Shown: positions 1-10,667 of the stretch, piece by piece
Position numbering within the stretch: position 1 is the first letter of the stretch
How the letters are laid out: each line of letters starts with the position of its first letter
Source of the DNA: Laetmonice hystrix
Taxonomy: Eukaryota
Length of the DNA: 64,000 nt
Direction: 5' to 3'
NCBI GenBank assembly: GCA_965235115.1
Contig: OZ249436.1
Coordinates: 50,470,001-50,534,000, forward strand
Program-made: the position numbers and the translations under genes
Notes under the pieces: model-generated
Seen by the model: the letters and a program-made list of their open reading frames with translations, nothing else
Told to the model about the DNA's origin: nothing
The model's database searches: none

Positions 1-212
1 ATTGGTTTATCGATTTATCCCTGTCAATGACACATTCGATCCGAACAGTTCTACATTATAATTATCCTCCTCCTAATGGTCTCCCCATCCACGACTGGCC
101 AGATGTTGAGTGATTAATGTATCGGCCGTGTTGTGTGGGGTATACATTTATACTCTGACCCGGGACACCGCGGCTCACCCGCCTAGTACGAATCGTCTTT
201 GATAGCTGGCAA

Positions 213-518
213 GGCCTGGTTCCGGCCAGATACGTCCGAACGGCTAGTTATGTCCGATAGGAGATAATTATGTGTGCAAACATCAGCTAGATGTGTCCGG
301 AGGAATTGATATGTCCGCAAATATCAGCTAGATGTGTCCGGATATGTCCACAAATGTCAGCTAGATGTGTCCGGTAATCCGGACATGTCCGCAAATATCA
401 GCTATAGATGTGTGCGGACATATCAATTTCCCCGGACACATCTAGATGATGTTTGCGGACATAATGTCCTATCGGACATAACTAGCCGTTCGGACGTATA
501 TCTAGCCGGGACAGGGCT
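213..518. mobile_element. MITE with ~80-bp imperfect TIRs and 3-bp TSD (CAA), Harbinger/PIF-like
   Basis: Left arm ggcctggttccggccagatacgtccgaacggctagttatgtccgatagga... is the reverse complement of right arm ...tcctatcggacataactagccgttcggacgtatatctagccgggacagggct. CAA lies at 210-212 and 519-521. Internal short repeats of atgtccgcaaatatcagctagatgtgtccgg. Confidence 0.7.
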
Positions 519-1741
519 CAATCGAGCAAATCGTTTCCTAGAAAGGAAGCGATTTCCTGGGAACAGGTAGAAATGATGTTGCCCAGTATAAATGATTACA
601 ATACAGTGTTTGTAAAGTCACTGTTCTGCCGAAGACACTAGTGTCTTCTTGCAGTATTTACATATACTACTAAAAGGGGCGTTCATAATACGTAAAACGT
701 ACAACATAATGTAGGAAAGATCTTTGATGTCTCACTGGGCAGAGCGACCGGTATAGGCAGGCCATATCGTGGAGACTTGATGCAGACCGGCGGCCATGGA
801 TGGTCAGATTGGTCACCAGAGATAGAATCATTCGTGTTGGCACGAATTTAACGAACTGTGCCGGTTGGCAGGAGGCCTCAGGCCCAGGCTATTACAGATC
901 AGATTGTTATGTCCACGAGGTTTATTTCCTGCCAATTACACGGGAGAAATTAACAGAATGGCGGCAAACCCGTCTGTAAGAAACGACACCCAGTCTGAGC
1001 GACGACTTTATGGTCCGTAGTCATGGTTACATGGACGCAGCCCCAAGTGGTGACGAACTTTGTCATAGTGTCCCCATGTGGCTATCATAGTGACCAAGTC
1101 GATCGCGCCCCCTGGAGGGGACATGACACACTGCGGCTGGAACCGTGAGGGCAGGTAAGTCCACCTGGGGGACCCACAGACAGACCATGGCGCTACGTCC
1201 GGTTTTATATACATGTCGTTATCATATATCATATATATCATAAAAACTGTTTGAGTCCTAGAATCAGCGATATCTGTCAAAGTCATGGAGAGGAAGTAAG
1301 ATGTTCTGAATATTGATCTCTTCGGCTTCTGTGAAGTTAATATTATTATACTTCATTATAATCATTATAATTATTAGGCCTATACCTTTGACATTGGAGG
1401 CTGAAATTAACGAATACGCCTGTTCCAGAATAATATTATTGTAGAAAGTAAGAATGAAATCTATTCCGTAGTTAAGTTTTCTATTTCTCAGAAGTCTGAT
1501 TATCATGCTCTGTTACCTTGCCCAGGGCCAAGACAATGGAGGTGATCTAGTTTATCACATGTAGGATAGGTGGCGCTGTAGTTCTATGCTCAGTGCTTGC
1601 CGAATCACCAGTGGCGCCGTCTATGATGAAACCTACGCACTAGGCAGGTCGGCGGGATTCCAGTTTGATTTTTAAATGTTAGAGCATCGACGATCTCGAT
1701 ACTGTCGGTCAACAAGCTAACCGACAGCAATGGGGGACCTA

Positions 1742-1911
1742 CAGTGGCGGAAGGGTGTGTGTGTGTGTGTGGGGGGGGGCACCGTTAAGGAATAATCGGT
1801 AGCTGCCGAAGGCTGCCCATTTTCAGGGGTCTCTCTCTCTTCTTCTCTATCTTTTTTTGGAAAATAGGGGGCCTGGCCGGGTGAGCCCCCCCCCCGCCGA
1901 ATAAGCCACTG
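1742..1911. mobile_element. Short G/C-tract MITE, CAGTGGC...GCCACTG termini, 5-bp TSD ACCTA (hAT-like)
   Basis: accta|cagtggcgg ... taagccactg|accta, with poly-G and poly-C tracts inside. Confidence 0.65.
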
Positions 1912-3051
1912 ACCTACACCGACAATGTTTCCCCTTTCAAACACTATGGAAATGTCTAAAATATAGCATATAAAATTTAACACCCTGTGAATGATATCCT
2001 ACAAAAAAAACTGATGTTACCATTTTAACCTCTGGTATCATTTTAGTGGGGGTAGTGGGGGCCAGTAGAAGAACTACACAGATTGTACATTACATCTCCA
2101 TGGAAGCCTATGTCAAATTACTTTATTCACTTGGTCGAGCCCCCTACACCACCTCAGTATACTGCTAACACCGGTCGGTAGGCGTCGATATGAGGACCAA
2201 GCATACTTTGAGGTAAAAGCTGAGAAAACAGATAGTGTTATCAATGGAGAAGTTTGTTTTATTGTGGAATTGTGAACTGAAAACTGTTCAATAATATAAT
2301 GCGGTGTGAATCGCCAGAATTATCTACCACGAGTTCCCCGCTCATAGTAGTATGTGAAAATGGCGGGTATGTGCAGGTAATCTACGTCACATACTACAAT
2401 AGTTCAGTTTAATTGAATGGACTTGGACCTCGCTCCGATTCATAATTATAGAACTTTTCAGAGGGAAACTGAAAACCTTATCCAGTTGAATATTATAGAC
2501 GGTTAAAGGGTATGAGTACTCTATTGGCTTCCATGACACATTGGGTGAGAATGAGACCGTTTACAGCAGATTGAAGAATACAATGAGTCGTAATGCGATT
2601 TTGAACGGCCACATTAAAGCTTCATATGCCACATAAATATCACTTTGACGATTTAAATGACAGCTTTACGTGGCTAAATGTTGCTAATGCATTCACGAAT
2701 TCTTTTTCGAGTAAACTAATCGAGACTGCTCGATAAATGTATTTTAAAATTATCGAAAGCCGTAGACACTGGCAGGAATTACTGTACGAACGTTAGTCAC
2801 TCATACATTGCTGGCTTTTGCAAGGTATAAAACCCCAAATACCCGCCCACCCACACATTCATACCTTGCTGAATACCTTTTTATAGTCTGAATCGGTAGC
2901 TGCCGGGTCAGTCATAAATAATGTATAAATAAAGCACTGATATCCCGTGAACAGGTCAGTGTCTGCTTCTGTGTCAATACAACAGCTAGAAGTGTCGGGT
3001 ACAATTATACTGGTGTCAAATATACGGTCTCTACACTGATAGTCGGAGTCC

Positions 3052-4826
3052 TGGTGATGTGAGTGGTGCTGGTGATGTGAGTGGTGCTGGTGATGTGAGT
3101 GGTGCCGGTGATGTGAGTGGTGCTGGTGATGTGAGTGGTGCTGGTGATGTGAGTGGTGCTGGTGATGTGAGTGGTGCTGGTGATGTGAGTGGTGCTGGTG
3201 ATGTGAGTGGTGCTGGTGATGTGGGTGGTGCTGTCGATGTGAGTGGTGCCGGTGATGTGAGTGGTGCTGGTGATGTGAGTGGTGCTGGTGATGTGAGTGG
3301 TGCTGGTGATGTGAGTGGTGCTGTCGAGGTGAGTGGTGCTGGTGATGTGAGTGGTGCTGTCGATGTGAGTGGTGCTGGTGATGTGAGTGGTGCTGGTGAT
3401 GTGAGTGGTGCTGGTGATGTGAGTGGTGCTGGTGATGTGAGTGGTGCTGGTGATGTGAGTGGTGCCGGTGATGTGAGTGGTGCCGGTGATGTGAGTGGTG
3501 CTGGTGATGTGAGTGGTGCTGGTGATGTGAGTGGTGCTGGTGATGTGAGTGGTGCTGGTAATGTGAGTGGTGCTGGTGATGTGAGTGGTGCTGGTGATGT
3601 GAGTGGTGCCGGTGATGTGAGTGGTGCTGGTGATGTGAGTGGTGCTCTCGATGTGAGTGGTGCTGGTGATGTGAGTGGTGCTGTCGATGTGAGTGGTGCT
3701 GTCGATGTGAGTGGTCCTGGCGATGTGAGTGGTGCTGGTGATGTGAGTGGTGCTGGTGATGTGAGTGGTGCTGGTGATGTGAGTGGTGCTGGTGATGTGA
3801 GTGGTGCTGGTGATGTGAGTGGTGCTGGTGATGTGAGTGGTGCCGGTGATGTGAGTGGTGCTGGTGATGTGAGTGGTGCTGGTGATGTGAGTGGTGCCGG
3901 TGATGTGAGTGGTGCTGGCGATGTGAGTGGTGCCGGTGATGTGAGTGGTGCTGGTGATGTGAGTGGTGCTGGTGATGTGAGTGGTGCTGGTGATGTGAGT
4001 GGTGCTGGTGATGTGAGTGGTGCCGGTGATGTGAGTGGTGCTGGTGATGTGAGTGGTGCTGGTGATGTGAGTGGTGCCGGTGATGTGAGTGGTGCTGGTG
4101 ATGTGAGTGGTGCCGGTGATGTGAGTGGTGCTGGCGATGTGAGTGGTGCTGTCGATGTGAGTGGTGCCGGTGATGTGAGTGGTGCCGGTGATGTGAGTGG
4201 ACCTGGCGATGTGAGTGGTGCTGGTGATGTGAGTGGTGCTGGTGATGTGAGTGGTCCTGGCGATGTGAGTGGTGCTGGTGATGTGAGTGGTGATGTGAGT
4301 GGTGCTGTCGATGTGAGTGGTGCCGGTGATGTGAGTGGTGCTGGTGATGTGAGTGGTGCCGGTGATGTGAGTGGTGCTGGTGATGTGAGTGGTGCTGGTG
4401 ATGTGAGTGGTGCTGGTGATGTGAGTGGTGCCGGTGATGTGAGTGGTGCTGGCGATGTGAGTGGTGCCGGTGATGTGAGTGGTGCTGGCGATGTGAGTGG
4501 TCCTGGCGATGTGAGTGGTGCTGGTGATGTGAGTGGTGCTGGTGATGTGAGTGGTGCTGGTGATGTGAGTGGTGCTGGCGATGTGAGTGGTGCTGGTGAT
4601 GTGAGTGGTGCCGGTGATGTGAGTGGACCTGGCGATGTGAGTGGTGCTGGTGATGTGAGTGGTGCTGGTGATGTGAGTGGTGCCGGTGATGTGAGTGGTG
4701 CTGGTGATGTGAGTGGTGCTGGCGATGTGAGTGGTGCTGGTGATGTGAGTGGTGCTGGTGATGTGAGTGGTGCTGGCGATGTGAGTGGTGCCGGTGATGT
4801 GAGTGGTGCTGATGATGTGAGTGGTA
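3052..4826. repeat. 18-bp minisatellite (GGTGATGTGAGTGGTGCT)n, roughly 98 units
   Basis: Directly visible tandem array. It generates stop-free (GDVSGA)n on + and (ITSTTH)n on -. Confidence 0.98.
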
Positions 4827-6927
4827 CAGACCTTGTTTTGGCCTAATCCAACCAATGGGTGCTTTTACATAATAATATCATATACATTTATTTTATCGTA
4901 GCTCGGTTAGTATTATATTATGATTGCCATCTATTTTTTCTCAGTTTGAAATCAACCTTTCTGACCTAAAATTTATACGTTTGGCGGCGACGAGCGAATA
5001 ATGACAGGCTACGGTTGATTTCCAATCTCAGTAAGGTAATCGTTGAATGACATGCGAATAAAAGAAACCTTGAATCGATTTACCTCAAGCCACACCTACA
5101 CGAACCTCACCTAACCAACGACAATACACCGCAGGACCTTAGCCCAGCAGTTCTGTCGGTTGAAACTATGAGCCCTGAAATATTGTAAATGACGTTTGGA
5201 AGCCACACTCGGGTCAGGTCAGGGCTGCGGTAAAACCGGTTATCGCCTATTTAACCATCGTCAGGTCTGGCTTGCCTGACGAGGTGTGGACCGCCCAAGG
5301 CCCCCACCTACGGAGAGAAAGAAAAGTAATGTTCCACCAGCCAGTTAGCTCTGTTCTGCCAGTTTAGCCTCATTACATTGAATTTAATTAGTTTTACTTT
5401 GTCATACTCTAAAGCAGAGGTTGAATAATAATGACTTGGCTGAGGTGAAACATCTATAGCCGCATAGTAGAGATTATTTTATATTTTACATAGAAAACTA
5501 TTCATTGCTTAGATTGAATTGTCTATTAGAGACACTTATTAAATTTCAATCGGATTTTCGACACGATTGATTTTTCAGACATTAGAGCGCCACTCGATCC
5601 TCTAAATCAACCCTGCTATTCAATACGGTTTGGGTGGGTTACGAACTGACTGGGGGTGGGCGGTGGGGGGCGAATAATAGATCAGAAAATGTGTCCAGCC
5701 GGTGGCAACCAATTCATGTCTGTTACTTCGATGTAAATGGAATTATTCAGAACTTCTGACCGTCAAGCCATCTGAGGCGGCGTTCCACGATTCAATATTC
5801 GGTGAAAATAACGCTTGACGTGGCGACTTGATTTGATCATTCGTACTCAACAACTAGGACGACATTAAAAAAAACTACACTGGGCCTGATGTGCGGAATT
5901 GAGGCTCGGCAGACATCGAGTGTCATGGAAGACGTGACTAGTGGCTGGGTAACGAAACGAGGCAGGCCAATAGCAGAAGCCAGTTGGTGGCCTGACAGAT
6001 CAACCTCAAGGTCACCCTGACTGCATCAACTCCAGTCTTGTTATTCTCCAGAGAATGAATGGTAATATCTCATACCGGTGTGACTCCAGTCGGTTCAATA
6101 GTAGCCGCATGGTGGAGAATTCAGCACGCATTGTTAGATACAACAGCGATCATATCTGTTCATACCTCACAATGGACGTTATCAGTGAACAAAAGATGCT
6201 CATAATAATTAGATTGTTTTAAGTTGGATAAAGAATCGATACAATCAATTGTAGACACTTCTGATTAACAATTAATTGTGAAGATATCTTACGAAAGGAG
6301 TACATTTATTACGGTCTTTTTCCGGCTTGGTAATATTAATACAAGTTAACAGTAGTGAAGTGTATTATATCTGTACGAATACGGTGCAGTGTTTTTGTGG
6401 GGTTGATACGTTACATAAATTCTAATCTTTTGGTCGATGAAAATATGAATTCATGGGGAACATAGTGACATTTTTTAGTGGAAACAGAAATTACGAGGCT
6501 AACCATTCATTGTTGCGCATGCAAAGAACTATTCAATTGATGTGTCCTGCTGTTTTCATCGTTAGGCATATTAATAACCATCGTTAGGCATATTAATAAC
6601 CATCGTTAGTCATATTAATAACGATTCCCTTTTGGACTGTTTTTCATTGTGTCTCCATATATGCATAGAAAGATATTTAAAAAACCTGACCACTGGTAAT
6701 AGTGATCAATCGTCCTCTATAAGGTTACCTGCTCGAAACTACGATCTGTATTACTTACAAAAGGTCAGCTACCATTAATGTAGGCTCTATATTATGTTTT
6801 AATTTATCAGTGTCTACATACATGTGAAAGCCAACGGTCACTGTGGAGAGAGATATATAATGATTAGAATTCGACGTAATCACGACATGCAATCTGATAC
6901 ATCATACGTGGAATACATGTACCAATA

Positions 6928-7085
6928 TCATTGTCCGTAATGTATTTCATTGCGCATAATGAATGGTCTGAGACTTGAATATCCGCAATCTATACGTCAC
7001 TTCCGGCCCCAACTTTCCTTCACCTTCCCCGACTCTCACTCGGTCACTTTCCTCTCCGCCACACTCCGACACACACGTCTTTTAC
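6928..7085 (+). repeat. Split direct repeat A1 of YR retroelement
   Basis: tcattgtccgtaatg...cacacgtcttttac, identical by eye to 10229-10386. Confidence 0.95.
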
Positions 7086-7091
7086 ACTGCA

Positions 7092-8330
7092 ATGAGGCGC
7101 ACAAAGAAAACGATAACACGGCGACACACACCACTCGAAGAAACCGACGAGGAAAGCCAGCCGCAGACCCCTCGGGCTCAGCGTCGAACAACCGTCGCAA
7201 GTAATGCCGACGCAATTGGACAAGTCAGCCACAGAGTTAACAATATTGAAAGTAAGCTAACAAACATTACAGAACTTCTCACTCGACTAAGCGGCCAACT
7301 ACCACCGCCTGACCACACCACTCCAGAAGCTCGTCATACTACCCCACCACCCCGACTGGAACCCGCCGACGCCTCGTCTGAACTTGGAGGAACAGTACAA
7401 GGCCAACGGGTCACCAACTCCCGCCAGCCCGACATACCAAGCACCCCGCCGGCTGACCACCGACACTGCGAAACAGCCGACAGGACCGCCCACGCCCCTC
7501 AGGCACTTTCACTACCGGAAAGGTTCACCGGCCTGGGGGCAGACGATAGGACGCTGGTTGCCCGTCATTCCTCGCCACCCAAGTCCCACCCCAGCAGACC
7601 CACAACGCACCACGAGCGCGCGGGGAACCCGCCAACCACCGTAGCACAGCTCGAGGCGGACCCAATATTAGCACGTCGCGTGGCTGACGCTCTCCACGCC
7701 GTAGTGTCCCCATTCCCTACAGCTGGAAAAGGTAAGCAGTCTGGAGCATTTCCACACCAGTTTGTGACGCGGGGACCAAAGCATGTCAAACTCGAACTTG
7801 CAGAGTGCACTATCGCCGAATATGTATGGGGTTTCACTCAAATGACGAGGCTTGTCCAGGACAATGAAACTGTAAATCTTATGAACAGACATATTGAGCA
7901 AGTTGTTAATGACGCCAGGACATATGACTGGCTATCAGTCAGGGCCTGGTCGGAAGAGGTGTGCGCGCAGATTTTCGACAAGAAGCTCTCATGGTCTAAC
8001 ACATATGAAATTGACCGCCTTCAGACTCGCCTATCACACATGGGGACACAAAACTCCACACCGCAACAGAACGATAACAATACGACCGTTAGCGTCGACA
8101 TACCAGACCTTCTTAAATCTGCCAAGCCTGCACCACCTTGTCGTGCGTATCAGCGAGGAACATGCATCCAACACTCACACCACGTTGCGAATGGATACCG
8201 TCAACTCCACGTATGCGAATTCTGCCTCTTGAAAAAGTGTTTGTTCCTTCCTCACTCTCTTAACGTATGCCGTTCAAAAACATTCGATAGGCAGGACAAC
8301 CAACCATCCTCATTGGGGTTTCCGAATTGA
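7092..8330 (+). CDS. Gag-like ORF1 of DIRS/Ngaro element, with C-terminal Cys/His zinc-finger cluster
   Basis: First ATG at 7092, just after repeat A1, and open to TGA at 8330. It has an N-terminal coiled-coil-like segment (VNNIESKLTNITELLTRL), a Pro/Thr-rich linker, a helical core (YVWGF...YDWLSVRAWSEEV) and CRAYQRGTC...H.CEFC...H....C, as in YR-retroelement Gag. Confidence 0.8.
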   Translation: MRRTKKTITRRHTPLEETDEESQPQTPRAQRRTTVASNADAIGQVSHRVNNIESKLTNITELLTRLSGQLPPPDHTTPEARHTTPPPRLEPADASSELGGTVQGQRVTNSRQPDIPSTPPADHRHCETADRTAHAPQALSLPERFTGLGADDRTLVARHSSPPKSHPSRPTTHHERAGNPPTTVAQLEADPILARRVADALHAVVSPFPTAGKGKQSGAFPHQFVTRGPKHVKLELAECTIAEYVWGFTQMTRLVQDNETVNLMNRHIEQVVNDARTYDWLSVRAWSEEVCAQIFDKKLSWSNTYEIDRLQTRLSHMGTQNSTPQQNDNNTTVSVDIPDLLKSAKPAPPCRAYQRGTCIQHSHHVANGYRQLHVCEFCLLKKCLFLPHSLNVCRSKTFDRQDNQPSSLGFPN

Positions 8331-8720
8331 CTGGGGAGTCCGATACTCGCCCAGAAAACCATTGTCGCTCCACCACTCCGACCGTCTCCGAGACTCTGCC
8401 CCGCACTGTAATTTCTCCGTACCACTCTACAGCAATCCTGAATACTTGTACACTGAACGAACCTCTCACCGAACCTCTGAAGACGGGGCTCTGTATCCCT
8501 CAAGGGCCCCACACTGTAATTTCTCCGTACCATTCCACAGCAACCCTGAATACTGGCACACTGAACGAACCTTTCACCGAACCTCTGAAGACGGGGCTCT
8601 GTATCCCTCAGGGATCCCACACCGCAGCCGCCGCCACACTGGGCACAGTTCACCTTACACCCCGATCTACTCAAACTAAACCGCACATCGACTCCGAAAT
8701 CGTTCCTAATGTACCTTACC
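8327..8720 (+). pseudogene. N-terminal remnant of ORF2 (pol), truncated before RT, with an internal 108-bp duplication
   Basis: Open frame overlapping the gag stop, as expected for DIRS pol. It changes abruptly to RNase H sequence in another frame at ~8720. No RT motifs such as YxDD were seen. Confidence 0.55.
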
Positions 8721-9845
8721 GAAGCTATAAACGTTGTAATGGCAGTTAAAACTCTCGTTCCTCAACGCCTGGTAGCTCACACGGTCAGGGTAAAAACGGA
8801 CAATATGGCCGCAATGTATGCGCTGAACACAGGAAAAACAAAGGACCCCGTACTCGCCGCATGCGCACGTGAGCTATGGATGGTCGCAGCCACGAATCAG
8901 CTTGAAATAATGGTATATCACCAGCCGGGGGTCGACTTAGTTCTGGCGGACGCACTCAGTCGCTACCATTTAAGCAAAGCATATGCCGACACTGCGGAGG
9001 CCCTCGTGTCACAGTACGGTCTTTCTCGCCTTATACCTGTGGAGCTAGACTGTATTTTCACATCCGAATTATACAGTTTTAAAAGCACGGCTACAATAAA
9101 AAACTATCTCTCAGGGGCAAAAACGTACGTCGCTGGATCCGGGGGCGACGTCACGAACCTTACGGCTCCAGACATTGCAACCATGATCAAAGGAGTCGCA
9201 CGACTATCGTCTCATGTACCTCGCCGGGCATCAGCCCTATCTTATCAGGACATTAAAGATGTCTGTGATATATTAGAAACTTTGGGCGGACACGCTTTAA
9301 CAGCCCGGGCCGCACTTCTTATGGGTTTCTGCTCCTTGCTCCGACAGTCCAACTTACTCCCTGGGCCTTCTGGCCCCACGCCGCACACGCTTACTCGGGG
9401 GGACGTCTCTGACGCAGGCGATCGCATATGGCTCACCGTCAATTCGTCCAAAACGATCTCCGATCCAGCGGACAGGGTGGCGATCCCTGTCCCATATGTG
9501 GGTTCAAGATATTGCCGGGTCCTGGCGTGGAGACGCTATATACGAGATGTTCCTTTATCAGCCGATAGCTCGGCCTTCATGCTGGATCCATCTACTCCGC
9601 TGACCCCGACAAGGTTGGAGACATACCTCCGGGCCATCCTACTCGTTCTGGGGCATCCGGCAGCGAACTCAGCGACGGTCCACTCACTCCGCCGGTCTGG
9701 CGCCCAGGCTTGCGCCCGGGTCGGTGTGCCGCAGGCGGACATAATGCGCCACGGGACGTGGTCATCGGCGGCTATTAATGCCTACGTTCCCAAGAAGCTC
9801 TACACTGCAGTCCCCGATGCTTTTACTTCAATGTTTGGCCATTAA
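8709..9845 (+). CDS. In-frame fusion of C-terminal half of DIRS-type RNase H and tyrosine recombinase
   Basis: RNase H motifs: EAINVV, VKTDNMAA, HQPGVDLVLADALSR. YR motifs: TIKNYLSG, LLRQSN (R), SSKT (K), HSLRR (HxxR), HGTW, AYV (Y). Confidence 0.85.
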   Translation: MYLTEAINVVMAVKTLVPQRLVAHTVRVKTDNMAAMYALNTGKTKDPVLAACARELWMVAATNQLEIMVYHQPGVDLVLADALSRYHLSKAYADTAEALVSQYGLSRLIPVELDCIFTSELYSFKSTATIKNYLSGAKTYVAGSGGDVTNLTAPDIATMIKGVARLSSHVPRRASALSYQDIKDVCDILETLGGHALTARAALLMGFCSLLRQSNLLPGPSGPTPHTLTRGDVSDAGDRIWLTVNSSKTISDPADRVAIPVPYVGSRYCRVLAWRRYIRDVPLSADSSAFMLDPSTPLTPTRLETYLRAILLVLGHPAANSATVHSLRRSGAQACARVGVPQADIMRHGTWSSAAINAYVPKKLYTAVPDAFTSMFGH

Positions 9846-10025
9846 GAATAAAGAAACTGTGGCGCCCAGGCTTGCGCCCGGGTCGGTGTGCCGCAGGCGG
9901 ACATAATGCGCCACGGGACGTGGTCATCGGCATGCAGCTATTAATGCCTACGTTCCCAAGAAGCTCTACACTGCAGTCCCCGATGCTTTTACTTCAATGT
10001 TTGGCCATTAAGAATAAAGAAACTG
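9698..10025 (+). repeat. ~162-bp tandem duplication of the YR 3' end and start of repeat B
   Basis: 9698-9859 is repeated at 9860-10025. The second copy has a small insertion (ggcatgcagcta vs ggcggcta). Confidence 0.93.
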
Positions 10026-10233
10026 AAATCTCAAACGATCTTACTAACCATTAAACTCACTCCACTAAACAACCCTCTCTTTAAAAATATATTTCCCACG
10101 AAAACCCTCATCAATGTTTTATTACCCCTCTTATCATATATACCAACATTTCTTTTATTATTTTATCTGTGTCTTATAATGTCGTAATAAAACATTTTTA
10201 GTCCAAACGAATTCGGTCTCAGTCTCATTCATT
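10002..10233 (+). repeat. Split direct repeat B1
   Basis: tggccattaagaataaag...gtctcagtctcattcatt, identical by eye to 10436-10667, contains AATAAA motifs. Confidence 0.95.
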
Positions 10234-10386
10234 GTCCGTAATGTATTTCATTGCGCATAATGAATGGTCTGAGACTTGAATATCCGCAATCTATACGTCA
10301 CTTCCGGCCCCAACTTTCCTTCACCTTCCCCGACTCTCACTCGGTCACTTTCCTCTCCGCCACACTCCGACACACACGTCTTTTAC
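10229..10386 (+). repeat. Split direct repeat A2 (overlaps B1 by TCATT)
   Basis: Copy of 6928-7085. Confidence 0.95.
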
Positions 10387-10435
10387 CCTCCCACCCATCC
10401 CATATTAACCTTTCATTACCCTAAATCCCTCCCAC

Positions 10436-10667
10436 TGGCCATTAAGAATAAAGAAACTGAAATCTCAAACGATCTTACTAACCATTAAACTCACTCCACT
10501 AAACAACCCTCTCTTTAAAAATATATTTCCCACGAAAACCCTCATCAATGTTTTATTACCCCTCTTATCATATATACCAACATTTCTTTTATTATTTTAT
10601 CTGTGTCTTATAATGTCGTAATAAAACATTTTTAGTCCAAACGAATTCGGTCTCAGTCTCATTCATT
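10436..10667 (+). repeat. Split direct repeat B2 (right end of element)
   Basis: Copy of 10002-10233. Confidence 0.95.

Larger units (their letters stand above)
6928..10667 (+). mobile_element. Tyrosine-recombinase retrotransposon (DIRS order, Ngaro/PAT-type split direct repeats), internally deleted, no RT
   Basis: A1 6928-7085 = A2 10229-10386 (158 bp). B1 10002-10233 = B2 10436-10667 (232 bp). Order is A1-ORFs-B1-A2-B2. Encodes a gag-like ORF, the C-terminal half of RNase H and a YR catalytic domain. Confidence 0.93.

Noticed and set aside
6975..7091. ORF-track start of gag at 6975 (TTG) and its copy at 10276-10488
   Set aside because: Lies inside non-coding repeat A. In a eukaryote the first ATG (7092) is the plausible start.
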